Part shown: in pieces, positions 18,480-28,414 of the stretch | Numbering within the stretch: the first letter of the stretch is position 1 | How the letters are laid out: each line of letters begins with the position of its first letter | Origin: Candidatus Rokuibacteriota bacterium | GTDB taxonomy: Bacteria > Methylomirabilota > Methylomirabilia > Rokubacteriales > CSP1-6 | DNA length: 64,000 bases | Direction of reading: 5' to 3' | Assembly: GCA_016184365.1 (NCBI GenBank) | Contig: JACPCW010000075.1 | Coordinates: 81,617 to 145,616, forward strand | The notes under the pieces: model-generated | The model's input: the letters and a program-made list of their open reading frames with translations, nothing else | Databases searched by the model: none | What the model was told of the DNA's origin: nothing | Program-made: the position numbers and the translations under genes

Positions 18480-18809
18480 TCACCGGCCGGAGCGAGCAAC
18501 GCGAGCCCCGGCCCGGTGCACTGCGTGGTTCGGCGATCGCCGCCTCACGCGGCGCTTGGTCGTGGGTTTCGTCTCGGGTGGCAGCTTGTACAGCGTCTCA
18601 GGGGCAATGTCCGCGCCGTTCGGCCATGCGACCGTTCCCGCGACGGGATCGAGCATGACGCGCGCGAAAACGGCGGGATCACGAAGAGGCTCGAAGACGG
18701 GACCTTCGAGCAAGGGAAGAAGGTTCACCTGTTTCCGCTTCCCGTCCTTGAACTTGACGGTCAGCGAATACGGTCCAACGACTTCAATCCCGACAACTCG
18801 CCATTTCAT
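18480..18809 (-). CDS. DUF2442 domain protein
   Basis: MKWRVVGIEVVGPYSLTVKFKDGKRKQVNLLPLLEGPVFEPLRDPAVFARV; AGGAG RBS before the ATG. Confidence 0.6.
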   Translation of the reverse strand: MKWRVVGIEVVGPYSLTVKFKDGKRKQVNLLPLLEGPVFEPLRDPAVFARVMLDPVAGTVAWPNGADIAPETLYKLPPETKPTTKRRVRRRSPNHAVHRAGARVARSGR

Positions 18810-18820
18810 GGTGTCGCTCC

Positions 18821-19081
18821 TCACGCCAGCGGCCGAATCCTCTGCAAAGGACGATTGGTGCGCGCCAGTTCCCAATCGTGTTCAAGCGCGTCTCGATGGA
18901 GCTTGCCCCACGTCCTGACGAGCGCAAGAGCCCGCGGTGGCAAGCGACCTTCCAGGACCCGGAGGCTCTGAATCGAGATCACCGCCTCCTGTCCGCCGTA
19001 GATCGCGTGGAAGTGCGGAACCCCGTGATCCCGGTAGTACATGTAGATCACGATGCCGTAGAACTCCGAGATCCTTGGCAT
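18821..19081 (-). CDS. DUF4160 domain protein (partner of DUF2442)
   Basis: MPRISEFYGIVIYMYYRDHGVPHFHAIYGGQEAVISI; adjacent to and upstream of the DUF2442 gene. Confidence 0.6.
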   Translation of the reverse strand: MPRISEFYGIVIYMYYRDHGVPHFHAIYGGQEAVISIQSLRVLEGRLPPRALALVRTWGKLHRDALEHDWELARTNRPLQRIRPLA

Positions 19082-19434
19082 TCGTCCTCACGACTCGTGA
19101 GAGGGTTGAAGTCCGGTCGCCCACTGGGATAGCGTCGCCGAACTAGAAGTCGGTCGTGAGATTGACCGGTCAATGTATCGAGGCACAACCTGCGCGGCAG
19201 TGTCGCTCATCCGCTGGTGTGCACGCCGGCTTGCCTCAGCATATGTCCTTGTTTCGCCGGTGATTTCATGCGATCCGAGTGCCTCGACGGCCTGAGCGCT
19301 CGCCGAAGGGTGGTGCGGGATATCCGGTCGGCCTATTTCGTCGCACTTCCGGGGATTATGCGGCCCCACGCGTTTCCGGCGCGCGGCCGAGCTGGCCGGC
19401 CCCGCTTGCGCAGGACTGGCCGCGCTCCTCGAAT

Positions 19435-20586
19435 TCACGGCCCCTCGTCCTCGATGGTCGGCAGGGTACGGCGCGGGAACTCGCGGTACGCGTGCCGCGC
19501 GAGCGCGGCTTCGTCGAGCTCGAGTCCCAGGCCCGGCGCGGTCGGCAGACGGATGTAGCCGTCTTCGACGACGAACGGCTCGGCCGCGATCGCGTTTCCC
19601 ACCGACTCGAAGTTCACGAAGTACTCCGTGATCAGGAAGTTCGGGATCGCGGCCGACACCTGCAGCGTCGCGGCGAGGCCGATGGTCGTCGAATTGTAGT
19701 TGTGCGGTGACACGACGACGTGATGCGGCTCGGCCATCTGCGCGATCGCGCGGAGCTCGCCGATGCCGCCGCAGTTGCAGACGTCCGGGTTGATGATGTC
19801 GGCGGCGCGCGCTTCGAAGACCGGGCGGAACTCGGCGCGCGTGTACAGCTCTTCGCCGGTCACGACCGGTAAACGGATCGCGCGGCGCACTTCGGCCAGC
19901 GCGTCGATGTCGCGCGACGACACCGGTTCCTCGTACCAGAACGGCCGGAACGTTTCGAGCCGCTCCGCGATGCGGATGGCGTGCATCGGTGCCAGGCGCC
20001 GATGGACTTCGACGAGCACGTCGACGTCTGGACCGACGGCGGCGCGCACTGCGCGGACGTTCTCGACGGCATAGTCTTCCATCACACGAGAGATGTGGGT
20101 GCGCCACGGCCCCGGAAACGGATCGAACTTCAGCGCAGTGAACCCGCGCGCGACCATCTCCTGCGCCTTCGCCGCGAGCGCGTCCGGCGTCTTCGCGGTG
20201 CCGTACCAGCCGTTCGCATACACGCGGATGCGTCGCCGGCACGGCCCGCCGAGCAGATCGTAGACGGGCACGCCGAGCGACTTGCCGCGGATGTCCCAGA
20301 GCGCCTGCTCCAGGCCCGACACCGCGCTCCAGAAATCCATCGCGCCGCGCTTGGCGCCGAAGTCGTGATACGCGACGTGGACGAAGTGGGTGATCTGCGC
20401 CGCATCGCGCCCGACGAGATACCGTCCGAGCGCTTCGACGTGCGCGACGATCGCGCGATCGCGGTCGGCCTGCGTGTAGCACTCGCCCCAGCCATGCACG
20501 CCGGCGTCGGTCTGAACCTTGACGAAGACCCAGTTCTTGCCGGTGCCGGGATGCACGAGGAACGGCGTGACGCCGGTGACTTTCAT
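19435..20586 (-). CDS. mandelate racemase/muconate-lactonizing enzyme (enolase superfamily) protein
   Basis: MKVTGVTPFLV…KFDPF…EEPV… with an MR/MLE-type N-terminal capping domain and barrel. Confidence 0.75.
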   Translation of the reverse strand: MKVTGVTPFLVHPGTGKNWVFVKVQTDAGVHGWGECYTQADRDRAIVAHVEALGRYLVGRDAAQITHFVHVAYHDFGAKRGAMDFWSAVSGLEQALWDIRGKSLGVPVYDLLGGPCRRRIRVYANGWYGTAKTPDALAAKAQEMVARGFTALKFDPFPGPWRTHISRVMEDYAVENVRAVRAAVGPDVDVLVEVHRRLAPMHAIRIAERLETFRPFWYEEPVSSRDIDALAEVRRAIRLPVVTGEELYTRAEFRPVFEARAADIINPDVCNCGGIGELRAIAQMAEPHHVVVSPHNYNSTTIGLAATLQVSAAIPNFLITEYFVNFESVGNAIAAEPFVVEDGYIRLPTAPGLGLELDEAALARHAYREFPRRTLPTIEDEGP

Positions 20587-20602
20587 CGCCGCGGGGTTCG
20601 CC

Positions 20603-22015
20603 TCAGACCGCCGGCGGACGTCGATGCGCCCACGGCTGCGCCGCCTCGAACGCGGCCGCGACACGCAGCACGCCGGCCTCGTCGCGCGCGCGTCCCGCGA
20701 TCTGCAGGCCGACCGGCAGCCCGTCGCGCGTGAAGCCGCACGGCACCGAGATCGCCGGCGAGCCGACGACCGTGAACGCGTACGTCAGCAGCGCCCACTG
20801 GATGTAGTTCTCCATGGGCTTGCCGTTGATCTCCGTCGGATAGATCGTCTCGACCGGGAACGGCGGCACCGCGGCGGTCGGCGTCAGGATCGCGTCGTAG
20901 CGATCGAAGAACTCGCGCACGCGGTGCAGCAGGGCGGTGCGCAGCCGTTCCGCGCGTCCGATCTGCGGCGCGGCCAGGGTCAGGCCGTACTCGATGTTCT
21001 TGACCAGGTTCGCCTGCATCACGTCGCGCCACTTCGGCAGCTTCTCGGCATGCACGGCCGCCATGCGCGCGCCGCGACTCACCTGGACGATCTCGACGAG
21101 ATCGGCGAAGTCCGGATGCGCGCGCTCCACGCGCGCGCCGAGCCGCCGGAATACCGACGTCGCCTCGGTCACGACACGCTCGACCTCCGCGTCGACCGGC
21201 GTGACGCCGAGATCCGCCGACCACGCGATCCGGAGACCCTTGACGCTCGCGCGCTTCACCGCCGCGGTGAACGTACGCGGGTCGACCGGATAGGCGATGG
21301 GCGAGCGCGGATCATGCCCCGCGATCGTCGCGAGCATCAACGCGACGTCGGCGACCGTGCGCGCCATCGGGCCCTGGACGCTGTACGTGTCCCACGCGAG
21401 GTCGGTCGGCCAGATGGGAACGAGGCCGGGCGACGGACGGAGGCCGACGACGCCGCAGAACGCCGCGGGCAGGCGCAGCGAGCCCCCGAGATCGGACCCC
21501 TGCGCGAGCGGCCCCATCCCGGTCGCGAGCGCGACGGCGCCGCCGCCGGTCGAGCCGGCGGGCGTGAGCTTCGGGTTCCACGGATTGCGGGTGATCCCGA
21601 AGACGGCGTTGAACGTGTTCGCGCCCGCGCCGAACTCGGGCGTGTTCGTCTTGCCGATGACGATCGCCCCGGCCGCTTGCAGACGCTCGACGACGAGCGC
21701 GTCGACCTCGGGCACGTGATGCTCGTAGATCTTCGACCCCCACGTCGTGCGAATGCCCTTCGTCGGCGTGAGGTCCTTGATCGAGACGGGAACGCCGTGG
21801 AGAGGCGGCAGCGTGCCGCGCCGCCTGAGCGCGGCGGTCGCCGCGCGTGCCGCGCGAAGCGCCTGGTCGGCCGCGACGGTGCAGTACGCGGTGAGCCTCG
21901 GATTGACGCGCTCGATCTGCGCGAGCACCGCCTCCGTGACTTCGAGCGGCGAGACCCTGCGCCGGCGGTAGAGCGAGAGCAGCTCGACCGCCGGCGTGAA
22001 GCAGAGGTCCGGCAC
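20603..22015 (-). CDS. amidase (amidase-signature family)
   Basis: GVPVSIKD…GGSTGGGAVALATGMGPLAQGSDLGGSLRLPAAFCGVVGLRPS is the AS-family signature. GTG start 2 nt after the stop of the substrate-binding-protein gene. Confidence 0.75.
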   Translation of the reverse strand: MPDLCFTPAVELLSLYRRRRVSPLEVTEAVLAQIERVNPRLTAYCTVAADQALRAARAATAALRRRGTLPPLHGVPVSIKDLTPTKGIRTTWGSKIYEHHVPEVDALVVERLQAAGAIVIGKTNTPEFGAGANTFNAVFGITRNPWNPKLTPAGSTGGGAVALATGMGPLAQGSDLGGSLRLPAAFCGVVGLRPSPGLVPIWPTDLAWDTYSVQGPMARTVADVALMLATIAGHDPRSPIAYPVDPRTFTAAVKRASVKGLRIAWSADLGVTPVDAEVERVVTEATSVFRRLGARVERAHPDFADLVEIVQVSRGARMAAVHAEKLPKWRDVMQANLVKNIEYGLTLAAPQIGRAERLRTALLHRVREFFDRYDAILTPTAAVPPFPVETIYPTEINGKPMENYIQWALLTYAFTVVGSPAISVPCGFTRDGLPVGLQIAGRARDEAGVLRVAAAFEAAQPWAHRRPPAV

Positions 22016-22016
22016 G

Positions 22017-23813
22017 TCAGGCCTTGTGCCAGTAGGGCAGATGCCACAGCGTCGAGTCCCACCCCGTGAGATCCATGCCGCGGAGCTTCGCCGTCGCGGC
22101 GCCGACACCGCTGCGCCAGAGCACCGGGATGACGACGACGTTCTGGATCAGGATGTCGTTGATGCGGATGAACATCGCGGCGCGCTTGACGGGATCCATC
22201 TCCGTCGTCGCGGACTTCCACAGCCGGTCGCACTCTTCGTTGCGATAGCGGGTGATGTTGCGGCTCGCCCACTTGTTGTCTTTCGACGCGACCTGCCACG
22301 TCGTGAACTGCTCCATGTAAAGCTGGGCGTCCGGCGCTCCGGGGCCATTCGTGTACATCTGCAAATCGGTGTAGAAGTGCGAGTAGGTGTCCGGGTTGGC
22401 GGGGTCCGACGAGAAGTACACCGAGGCCACCACGGACTTGATCTCGATGTCGATGCCGGCCTTGGCGCACGCCTGCTTCACGATCGCCTGCGTCTTCTGG
22501 CGGGGCGCGTTGATCGACGTCTGGTAGACGAACTTCAGCCGCTTGCCGTCCTTCGCGCGGATGCCGTCGGCGCCGCGCTTCCAGCCGGCCTGGTCGAGGG
22601 TCTGGTTCGCCTTGTCGACGTTGAACTCCCACTTCGTGTTCGGCGACCGGAAGCGGCTCGGCGCGTTCAGGTAGTTCGCGGTCGTCTGGCCCTGCCGGCC
22701 GTAGATCTGCTCCTGGACCGAAGCCCGGTCGACCAGCAGGTTCAGCGCCTGGCGCACCGCGGGGTCGGAGAGCGTCGGATGCGTCGTCTTCGCGCTCGAG
22801 CGCTCGCCGTCGACCTCCTTCCACGGGTCGGTGAAATTCACCTGGATGTGCTCGCAGGCGCCGGTGGACCAGATCTCGACGCGCCCTTTGCCGGCCTGCT
22901 CGAGCCGGCGGAGGATCTCGTCCTCGACCTGCATGTTCCACGCGTAGTCGTATTCGCCGGTCTGCAGCACCGCGCGCGCCGCCGAGGCGGCGTCACCGCC
23001 GCCCTTCATCTCGACCGCGTCGAAGAACGGGCGGTTCGGCACGTGATAGTTCGGGTTGATCTCGGCGCGGAGCGTGTCACCGGGCTTGAAGTCCACGAAG
23101 CGATAACCGCCCGTGCCGACGGGCTTGACGTTCGCCGGCGCCTCGCGCGACTTCGCGCCCTTGTACGGCTCGAAGACGTGTTTCGGGATCAGCTGCCCGC
23201 GGTTGCCGCAGAAGGCGTCGTACCAGAACGGGGTCGGCTTCTTGAAGACGACCTTGACGGTGTGACTGTCGACCTTCTCGACGCGGTCGAGGTCGCGGTA
23301 CGAGCCGACCGACACCGTCGCCGTCGCGGGATCCGCGGCGTACTCCCAGTTGAAGACGACGTCGTCGGCGGTGAACGGCTTGCCGTCGTGCCACGTCACG
23401 CCCTTCTTGAGACGCCAGGTGACGGACAGGCCGTCCCTGGCGAGATCGCCGTTCTCGAGGCTCGGCGTCCGCTCGGCCAGGATCGGGATCACGTTCCCGT
23501 CGGGATCGAACGCCGCGAGCGGCTCGTAGAAGATGCGGGAGCCGTCCTGGTCCTTCGTTCCCGTCGCGAAGTGCGGGTTCAGCAGCGTGGGCGCCTGCCA
23601 CCACAGCACCCGCAGCGGGCCGCCGCCGCCGCGCCGCGTCGGCGTGAACGCGGGCGCCTTGGGCTGCGCGTGCGCGACGCCCGCCGAGGCGAGCATCTGC
23701 GCGGCCATGGGGGCGGTGAGACCGACGGCGACCATCGTCTGCACGAATGCCCGGCGTGACAGCCGGCCCGACGTGACGTCGTTGAGGAGCCCGCGAATGT
23801 CCCGTTCGTCCAT
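22017..23813 (-). CDS. ABC transporter substrate-binding protein, family 5 (peptide/nickel/opine type), Tat signal
   Basis: MDERDIRGLLNDVTSGRLSRRAFVQTM (twin-arginine) followed by a DppA/OppA-like body. GGGAGGA RBS. Confidence 0.8.
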   Translation of the reverse strand: MDERDIRGLLNDVTSGRLSRRAFVQTMVAVGLTAPMAAQMLASAGVAHAQPKAPAFTPTRRGGGGPLRVLWWQAPTLLNPHFATGTKDQDGSRIFYEPLAAFDPDGNVIPILAERTPSLENGDLARDGLSVTWRLKKGVTWHDGKPFTADDVVFNWEYAADPATATVSVGSYRDLDRVEKVDSHTVKVVFKKPTPFWYDAFCGNRGQLIPKHVFEPYKGAKSREAPANVKPVGTGGYRFVDFKPGDTLRAEINPNYHVPNRPFFDAVEMKGGGDAASAARAVLQTGEYDYAWNMQVEDEILRRLEQAGKGRVEIWSTGACEHIQVNFTDPWKEVDGERSSAKTTHPTLSDPAVRQALNLLVDRASVQEQIYGRQGQTTANYLNAPSRFRSPNTKWEFNVDKANQTLDQAGWKRGADGIRAKDGKRLKFVYQTSINAPRQKTQAIVKQACAKAGIDIEIKSVVASVYFSSDPANPDTYSHFYTDLQMYTNGPGAPDAQLYMEQFTTWQVASKDNKWASRNITRYRNEECDRLWKSATTEMDPVKRAAMFIRINDILIQNVVVIPVLWRSGVGAATAKLRGMDLTGWDSTLWHLPYWHKA

Positions 23814-23839
23814 GAGTCGTCCTCCCTCGGACTGCAGCG

Positions 23840-24778
23840 TTACTTCTGGAGCACCTTGCGCGGATCGAGCGCGTCGCGGAGACCGTCGCCGATGTAGTTG
23901 ATGGACAGCACGGTGAGGAAGATCGCGGCGCCGGGAAAGAGCGCCCAGTGCGGCGCGAAGTCCAGGTTGTCCTTGGCGTCGAAGAGAATGCGGCCCCACG
24001 TCGGAATGTCCGGCGGAAATCCGAGCCCGAGGAACGAGAGCGACGACTCGGCGATGATCGCGGCGGCCACGTCGATCGTCCCGGCCACGAGCACCGGTCC
24101 CATGGCGTTCGGGAGGATGTGCCGGACCACCTGACGAAGCGGCGGCGCGCCCAGACCCCTGGCCGCCTCGACGAATTCCTTTTCCCGCAGCGACAGGAAC
24201 TGGGCGCGCACGAGCCGGGCGACCGGCATCCAGCGGAGACCGCCGATGACCGCGACGACGAGGAGGAAGACGCCCATTTCGGGCCCGACCCACGTCTTCA
24301 GCGAATCACGGAAGAGGTAGACGATCAGCAGCAGCAACGGCAGGCCGGGCAGCGACAGGAACAGGTCGGTGACGCGCATCAGCGTGTGATCGGTCGGTCC
24401 CCCCACGTAGCCGGCGGTCGCGCCGATGAGCGTGCCGATGCTGATCGCAATCAGCATCGACGTCACGCCGACGGCCATCGAGATGCGGCCGCCATACAGC
24501 ATGCGCGCGAGCAGATCCTGGCCGAGGTCGTCCGTGCCGAGCGGGTGAGCGCGCGACGGACCCTTCAGCTTGTCCTTGAAGTCGATCTCGTTGATCGGCA
24601 CGCGATAGAAGAACGGGCCGGCGAGCACCGCCACCACCATGACGCCGAGGATGGCGACGCCGACCATGGCCAGGCGGTGGCGCCGGAACCGCCGCCCGGC
24701 GTCGCGCCAGAGCGAAATGGGCGCTTCGTGCGACCTGTGCAGAGCGTGCAGCGCCTTGGACTCGGACACCGTGCTCAT
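23840..24778 (-). CDS. ABC transporter permease (DppC/OppC-like)
   Basis: Permease with the EAA-loop region and six hydrophobic helices. Confidence 0.8.
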   Translation of the reverse strand: MSTVSESKALHALHRSHEAPISLWRDAGRRFRRHRLAMVGVAILGVMVVAVLAGPFFYRVPINEIDFKDKLKGPSRAHPLGTDDLGQDLLARMLYGGRISMAVGVTSMLIAISIGTLIGATAGYVGGPTDHTLMRVTDLFLSLPGLPLLLLIVYLFRDSLKTWVGPEMGVFLLVVAVIGGLRWMPVARLVRAQFLSLREKEFVEAARGLGAPPLRQVVRHILPNAMGPVLVAGTIDVAAAIIAESSLSFLGLGFPPDIPTWGRILFDAKDNLDFAPHWALFPGAAIFLTVLSINYIGDGLRDALDPRKVLQK

Positions 24779-24791
24779 GGGTGGTCGAGGA

Positions 24792-24857
24792 GCGCCACGG
24801 GTGTCCCGGGGCGCTCCGAGGGCTGGGGGGTTTGGGGGGCCATGTCGGGGCCCCCCA
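24792..24857 (+). repeat. REP/MITE-like palindromic element, copy 2
   Basis: gcgccacgggtgtcccggggcgctccgagggctggggggtttggggggccatgtcggggcccccca, between the two permease genes. Confidence 0.6.
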
Positions 24858-24869
24858 TGTCATCGATCG

Positions 24870-25829
24870 TCACCGGTAGCTGATCCTCGGGTCGAGCCAG
24901 CCGTACAGCAGGTCGGCGATGAGGTTCGAAAGCACCACGAGGCACGAGAAGACGAACGTGATCGCCATGATGACCGGTGTGTCGTTGGCGAGGATGGACG
25001 AGATCAGGAGCGACCCGATGCCCGGGACGCGGAAGATCTGCTCGGTGATGATGGCGCCGCCGAAGATCGTCGGGACCTGCAGGGCGAGCAGCGTCACCAC
25101 CGGGATCAGCGCGTTGCGGATGACGTGCTTCACGACGGTGATCCACTCGGAGAGTCCCTTGGCGCGGGCGGTGTTGACGAAATCGAGCCGGGCGACGTCG
25201 AGCACGGCGGAGCGCACGAAGCGCGTGAGCGTCGCGCCCTGGAAGAGTCCGAGCACCGCGACGGGCATGATCGACTGCCGCAGGTGCTCCCACCACCACC
25301 GCCAGCCGGTCGCGTCGATGTCGGCGCGGTAGATGAAGGGCAGCCAGTCGAGATAGATCGAGAAGAGGAGGATGAAGACGAGACCGGTGAAGAACGTCGG
25401 GAGCGAGAAGCCGATGAACGCGAACGTCGTGGCGATCTGATCGAAGATCGAATACGGCCGCAGCGCCGACAGCGTGCCGATCGGGAGCGCGACCGCGACC
25501 CCCAGCAGCAGGGCCGCGCCGAGCACGATGATCGTCGTCGGCAGCCGCTGGAGGATGAGCGTGTCGACGTCCACGCGCGACACGAAGGAGAAGCCCCAGT
25601 TGCCCCGGATCATCGACGCGAGCCACTGCACGTAGCGCACGGGCAGGGGATCGTCGAGGCCGAACTGCGCTCGAAGGTTGGCGCGGACTTCGGGCGGGAC
25701 GTTCGGATTGGTCGCGAGCTCCTCGAACGGGTCGCCCGGCGCCAGCGCCAGGATCGTGAACAGGACGATGCTGATCCCGAAGATGACCGGGATCGCGATC
25801 AGGATGCGGCGGATGAAGTAGCGGTACAC
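24870..25829 (-). CDS. ABC transporter permease (DppB/OppB-like)
   Basis: MYRYFIRRILIAIPVIFGISIVLF… is a typical DppB N-terminus. Confidence 0.8.
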   Translation of the reverse strand: MYRYFIRRILIAIPVIFGISIVLFTILALAPGDPFEELATNPNVPPEVRANLRAQFGLDDPLPVRYVQWLASMIRGNWGFSFVSRVDVDTLILQRLPTTIIVLGAALLLGVAVALPIGTLSALRPYSIFDQIATTFAFIGFSLPTFFTGLVFILLFSIYLDWLPFIYRADIDATGWRWWWEHLRQSIMPVAVLGLFQGATLTRFVRSAVLDVARLDFVNTARAKGLSEWITVVKHVIRNALIPVVTLLALQVPTIFGGAIITEQIFRVPGIGSLLISSILANDTPVIMAITFVFSCLVVLSNLIADLLYGWLDPRISYR

Positions 25830-25869
25830 GCGGAAACGGGGCCGGGCCGTCAGGCCCGGCCCCGGCGGG

Positions 25870-27660
25870 CTATCCCTCGCGGTACCAGCTGGCCAGGTTC
25901 CAGAAGTTGGAATCCCAACCCGACACGTCGGTGCCCTTCAGCTTGTTCGACACGGCCGAGACGACCATGCGCCACAGCACGGGGATCACGACCACGTTCT
26001 GGATCGTGAGGTCGTTCATCTTGATGAACAGCGCGGCGCGCTTCACGGCGTCGAGCTCGACCTCGGCCGTCTTGAAGAGCTTGTCGTACTCCTCGCTGCG
26101 CCAGCGCGTGATGTTGCGTCCCTGCCACTTGTTCGCCTTGGACGCGACCTCGGTGGTCGTGAACTGGTTCATGAACGTCTGCGGGTCCGGCGCGCCCATC
26201 GTCGTCGTGTACATCTGGATGTCGGTGTAGAACTTCGTGTAGGTGTCGGGATTGCCGACGTCCGACGAGAAGTACTGGGCGGCCGGTACCGCCTTGATCT
26301 CGATCTCGACGCCCGCCTTCGCCGCCGCCTGCTTGATGATCTGCTGCGTCTTCTGGCGCTCGGCGTTGATCGACGTCTGGAACACCATCTTGAGCTTCTT
26401 GCCGTCCTTGGCGCGGATCCCGTCCGGTCCCTTCTTCCAGCCGGCCTGCTCCAGGATCTGGTTCGCCTTGTCGACGTTGAACGCCCACTTCATGTTCGCC
26501 GAGCGATACCGCGACGGCGCGTTCAGGAAGTTCGCCGTCGCCATGCCGAGCCGGCCATAGATCTGCTCGTGGATGGACGAGCGGTCGACGAGGAGGTTCA
26601 GCGCCTGCCGGACGGCGGGATCGAGCAGGAACGGGTGCTTCGTCTTGGCGGACGAGCGCTCGCCCTCGACGTCCGTCCACGGGTCGGTCTGGTTGCACTG
26701 GATGTGCTCGATGTTGCCGGCCTGCGCGATGTCGACCTTGCCGCGGCCGCCGGCCTCGAGGCGCTTCAGGATCTCGTCGGCGACCTGCATGTTCCAGGCG
26801 AAGTCGAACTCGCCCGTCTGGAGCACCGCGCGCGCCGCCGACGGCGCGTCGCCGCCGCCCTTCATCTCGATGCTGTCGAAGAACGGCCGGTTCGGCATGT
26901 GGTAGTTCGGGTTGCGCTCGCCGCGGACGATGTCCCCCGGCTTGAAGTCGACGAACTTGTACGGTCCCGTTCCGACCGGCTTGAGGTTCGTCGGCGCCTC
27001 GCGCGACTTCGCGCCCTTGAAGTTCTCGAACAGGTGCTTGGGGATGATCTGCCCGCGGGACGCCGTGAACGGCTCCGCCCAGAACGGCGTCGGGTTCTTG
27101 AAGAGGATCTTGATCGTGTGCGAGTCGACCTTTTCGACCTTGTCGATGTCCTTCACGGTGCCGGTCGTCGTCGCCGCCGTCGCGGGGTCGGCGGCGTACT
27201 CCCAGTTGAAGATGACGTCGTCCGCCGTGAACGGCTTGCCGTCGTGCCAGCTCACGCCCTTCTTGAGACGCCACGTGACGCTACGACCGTCCTTCGCGAC
27301 GCCGCCGTTCTGCGTCGACGGGATCTCGGCCGCGAGGATCGGCATCAGGTTGCCGTCCGGATCGAACGCCGCGAGCGGCTCGTAGAAGACCCGCGAGCCG
27401 TCCTGATCCTTCGTGCCGACCGCGAAGTGCGGGTTGAGCAGCGTGGCCGCCTGCCACCAGAGCACCTTGAGCTGTCCGCCGCCGCGCTTGGCGGGGTACG
27501 TGCCCCGCGCCTGGGCGTGCGCGACGCCCGCGGAGGCCAGCATCTGGGTCGCGAGCGGTGCGGTCAGCCCGAGGCCGACCATCGTCTGGATGAACGACCG
27601 GCGCGTGAGGCGCCCGGCCTCGACGTCGTTGATGAGACTGCGGAGTTCTCGCTCGTCCAT
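25870..27660 (-). CDS. ABC transporter substrate-binding protein, family 5 (paralogue of 22017..23813), Tat signal
   Basis: MDERELRSLINDVEAGRLTRRSFIQTM…; roughly three-quarters identical to the other substrate-binding protein by eye. Confidence 0.8.
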   Translation of the reverse strand: MDERELRSLINDVEAGRLTRRSFIQTMVGLGLTAPLATQMLASAGVAHAQARGTYPAKRGGGQLKVLWWQAATLLNPHFAVGTKDQDGSRVFYEPLAAFDPDGNLMPILAAEIPSTQNGGVAKDGRSVTWRLKKGVSWHDGKPFTADDVIFNWEYAADPATAATTTGTVKDIDKVEKVDSHTIKILFKNPTPFWAEPFTASRGQIIPKHLFENFKGAKSREAPTNLKPVGTGPYKFVDFKPGDIVRGERNPNYHMPNRPFFDSIEMKGGGDAPSAARAVLQTGEFDFAWNMQVADEILKRLEAGGRGKVDIAQAGNIEHIQCNQTDPWTDVEGERSSAKTKHPFLLDPAVRQALNLLVDRSSIHEQIYGRLGMATANFLNAPSRYRSANMKWAFNVDKANQILEQAGWKKGPDGIRAKDGKKLKMVFQTSINAERQKTQQIIKQAAAKAGVEIEIKAVPAAQYFSSDVGNPDTYTKFYTDIQMYTTTMGAPDPQTFMNQFTTTEVASKANKWQGRNITRWRSEEYDKLFKTAEVELDAVKRAALFIKMNDLTIQNVVVIPVLWRMVVSAVSNKLKGTDVSGWDSNFWNLASWYREG

Positions 27661-27741
27661 GTGTCCTCCTCGGAGCAGCTGATCGCGTCCGGCCATCGGG
27701 GCGGGCCACACTATAGAGGTATACTTTACGAGGTTTCAAGC

Positions 27742-28413
27742 TTGGACCGGACAAGACGTCTTCTTCTCGTCGGTGTCTTCGTAGTGATGCTCGGAGCGGG
27801 GGCAGGTTTGCTCGCTTACTGGTCATTGGCCCCGATGTCGCCAGCCGACTTGCCCGCTCGTGACGCGGCGCGCACGCCGACGGCTGCGCCTATGGCACCC
27901 GTCATTACTCTGCCTACCCGACCGAGCGTGCCGCCTGAGCGCCGATTTTCCGTCGACGACGCGATGAAGGAGCTAGACCTGATCCGCCCGTCGCGGCCGA
28001 AACTTGCACACGATTTCGCGCTACCCACGCCAGCGGGGCGGACGTTCCGGCTGTCCGAACATCGCGGGAAGACCGTGTTCGTGAACTTCTGGGCGACGTG
28101 GTGCCCGCCGTGCCGCGAGGAGATGCCCGCGATGGAGCGTCTGTGGAAGCAGCACCGCGAGCGCGGCTTCGTGATCGTCGCCGTGTCCGTGGACTCCGAT
28201 ACGAAGCTCGTCGTGCCGTTCGTGAACAAGGGCCGGTTCACGTTTCCGATCGTGCTCGATCCGAAGCTCGAGGCCGCGAATGCCTATGGCGTCCGCGCGC
28301 TGCCGTCGAGCTTCATCGTGGATCGCCAGGGGAACATGACGGCGCTCGCGCTCGGGCCGCGCCAGTGGGACAACAACGCGGCCCACTCGCTGATCGAAGC
28401 GCTGGTGCGCTGA
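27742..28413 (+). CDS. TlpA/ResA-family thiol:disulfide oxidoreductase (thioredoxin fold, membrane-anchored)
   Basis: VFVNFWATWCPPCREEMP. Proposed TTG start before the N-terminal anchor helix; ATG 27787 is an alternative. Confidence 0.7.
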   Translation: MDRTRRLLLVGVFVVMLGAGAGLLAYWSLAPMSPADLPARDAARTPTAAPMAPVITLPTRPSVPPERRFSVDDAMKELDLIRPSRPKLAHDFALPTPAGRTFRLSEHRGKTVFVNFWATWCPPCREEMPAMERLWKQHRERGFVIVAVSVDSDTKLVVPFVNKGRFTFPIVLDPKLEAANAYGVRALPSSFIVDRQGNMTALALGPRQWDNNAAHSLIEALVR

Positions 28414-28414
28414 C

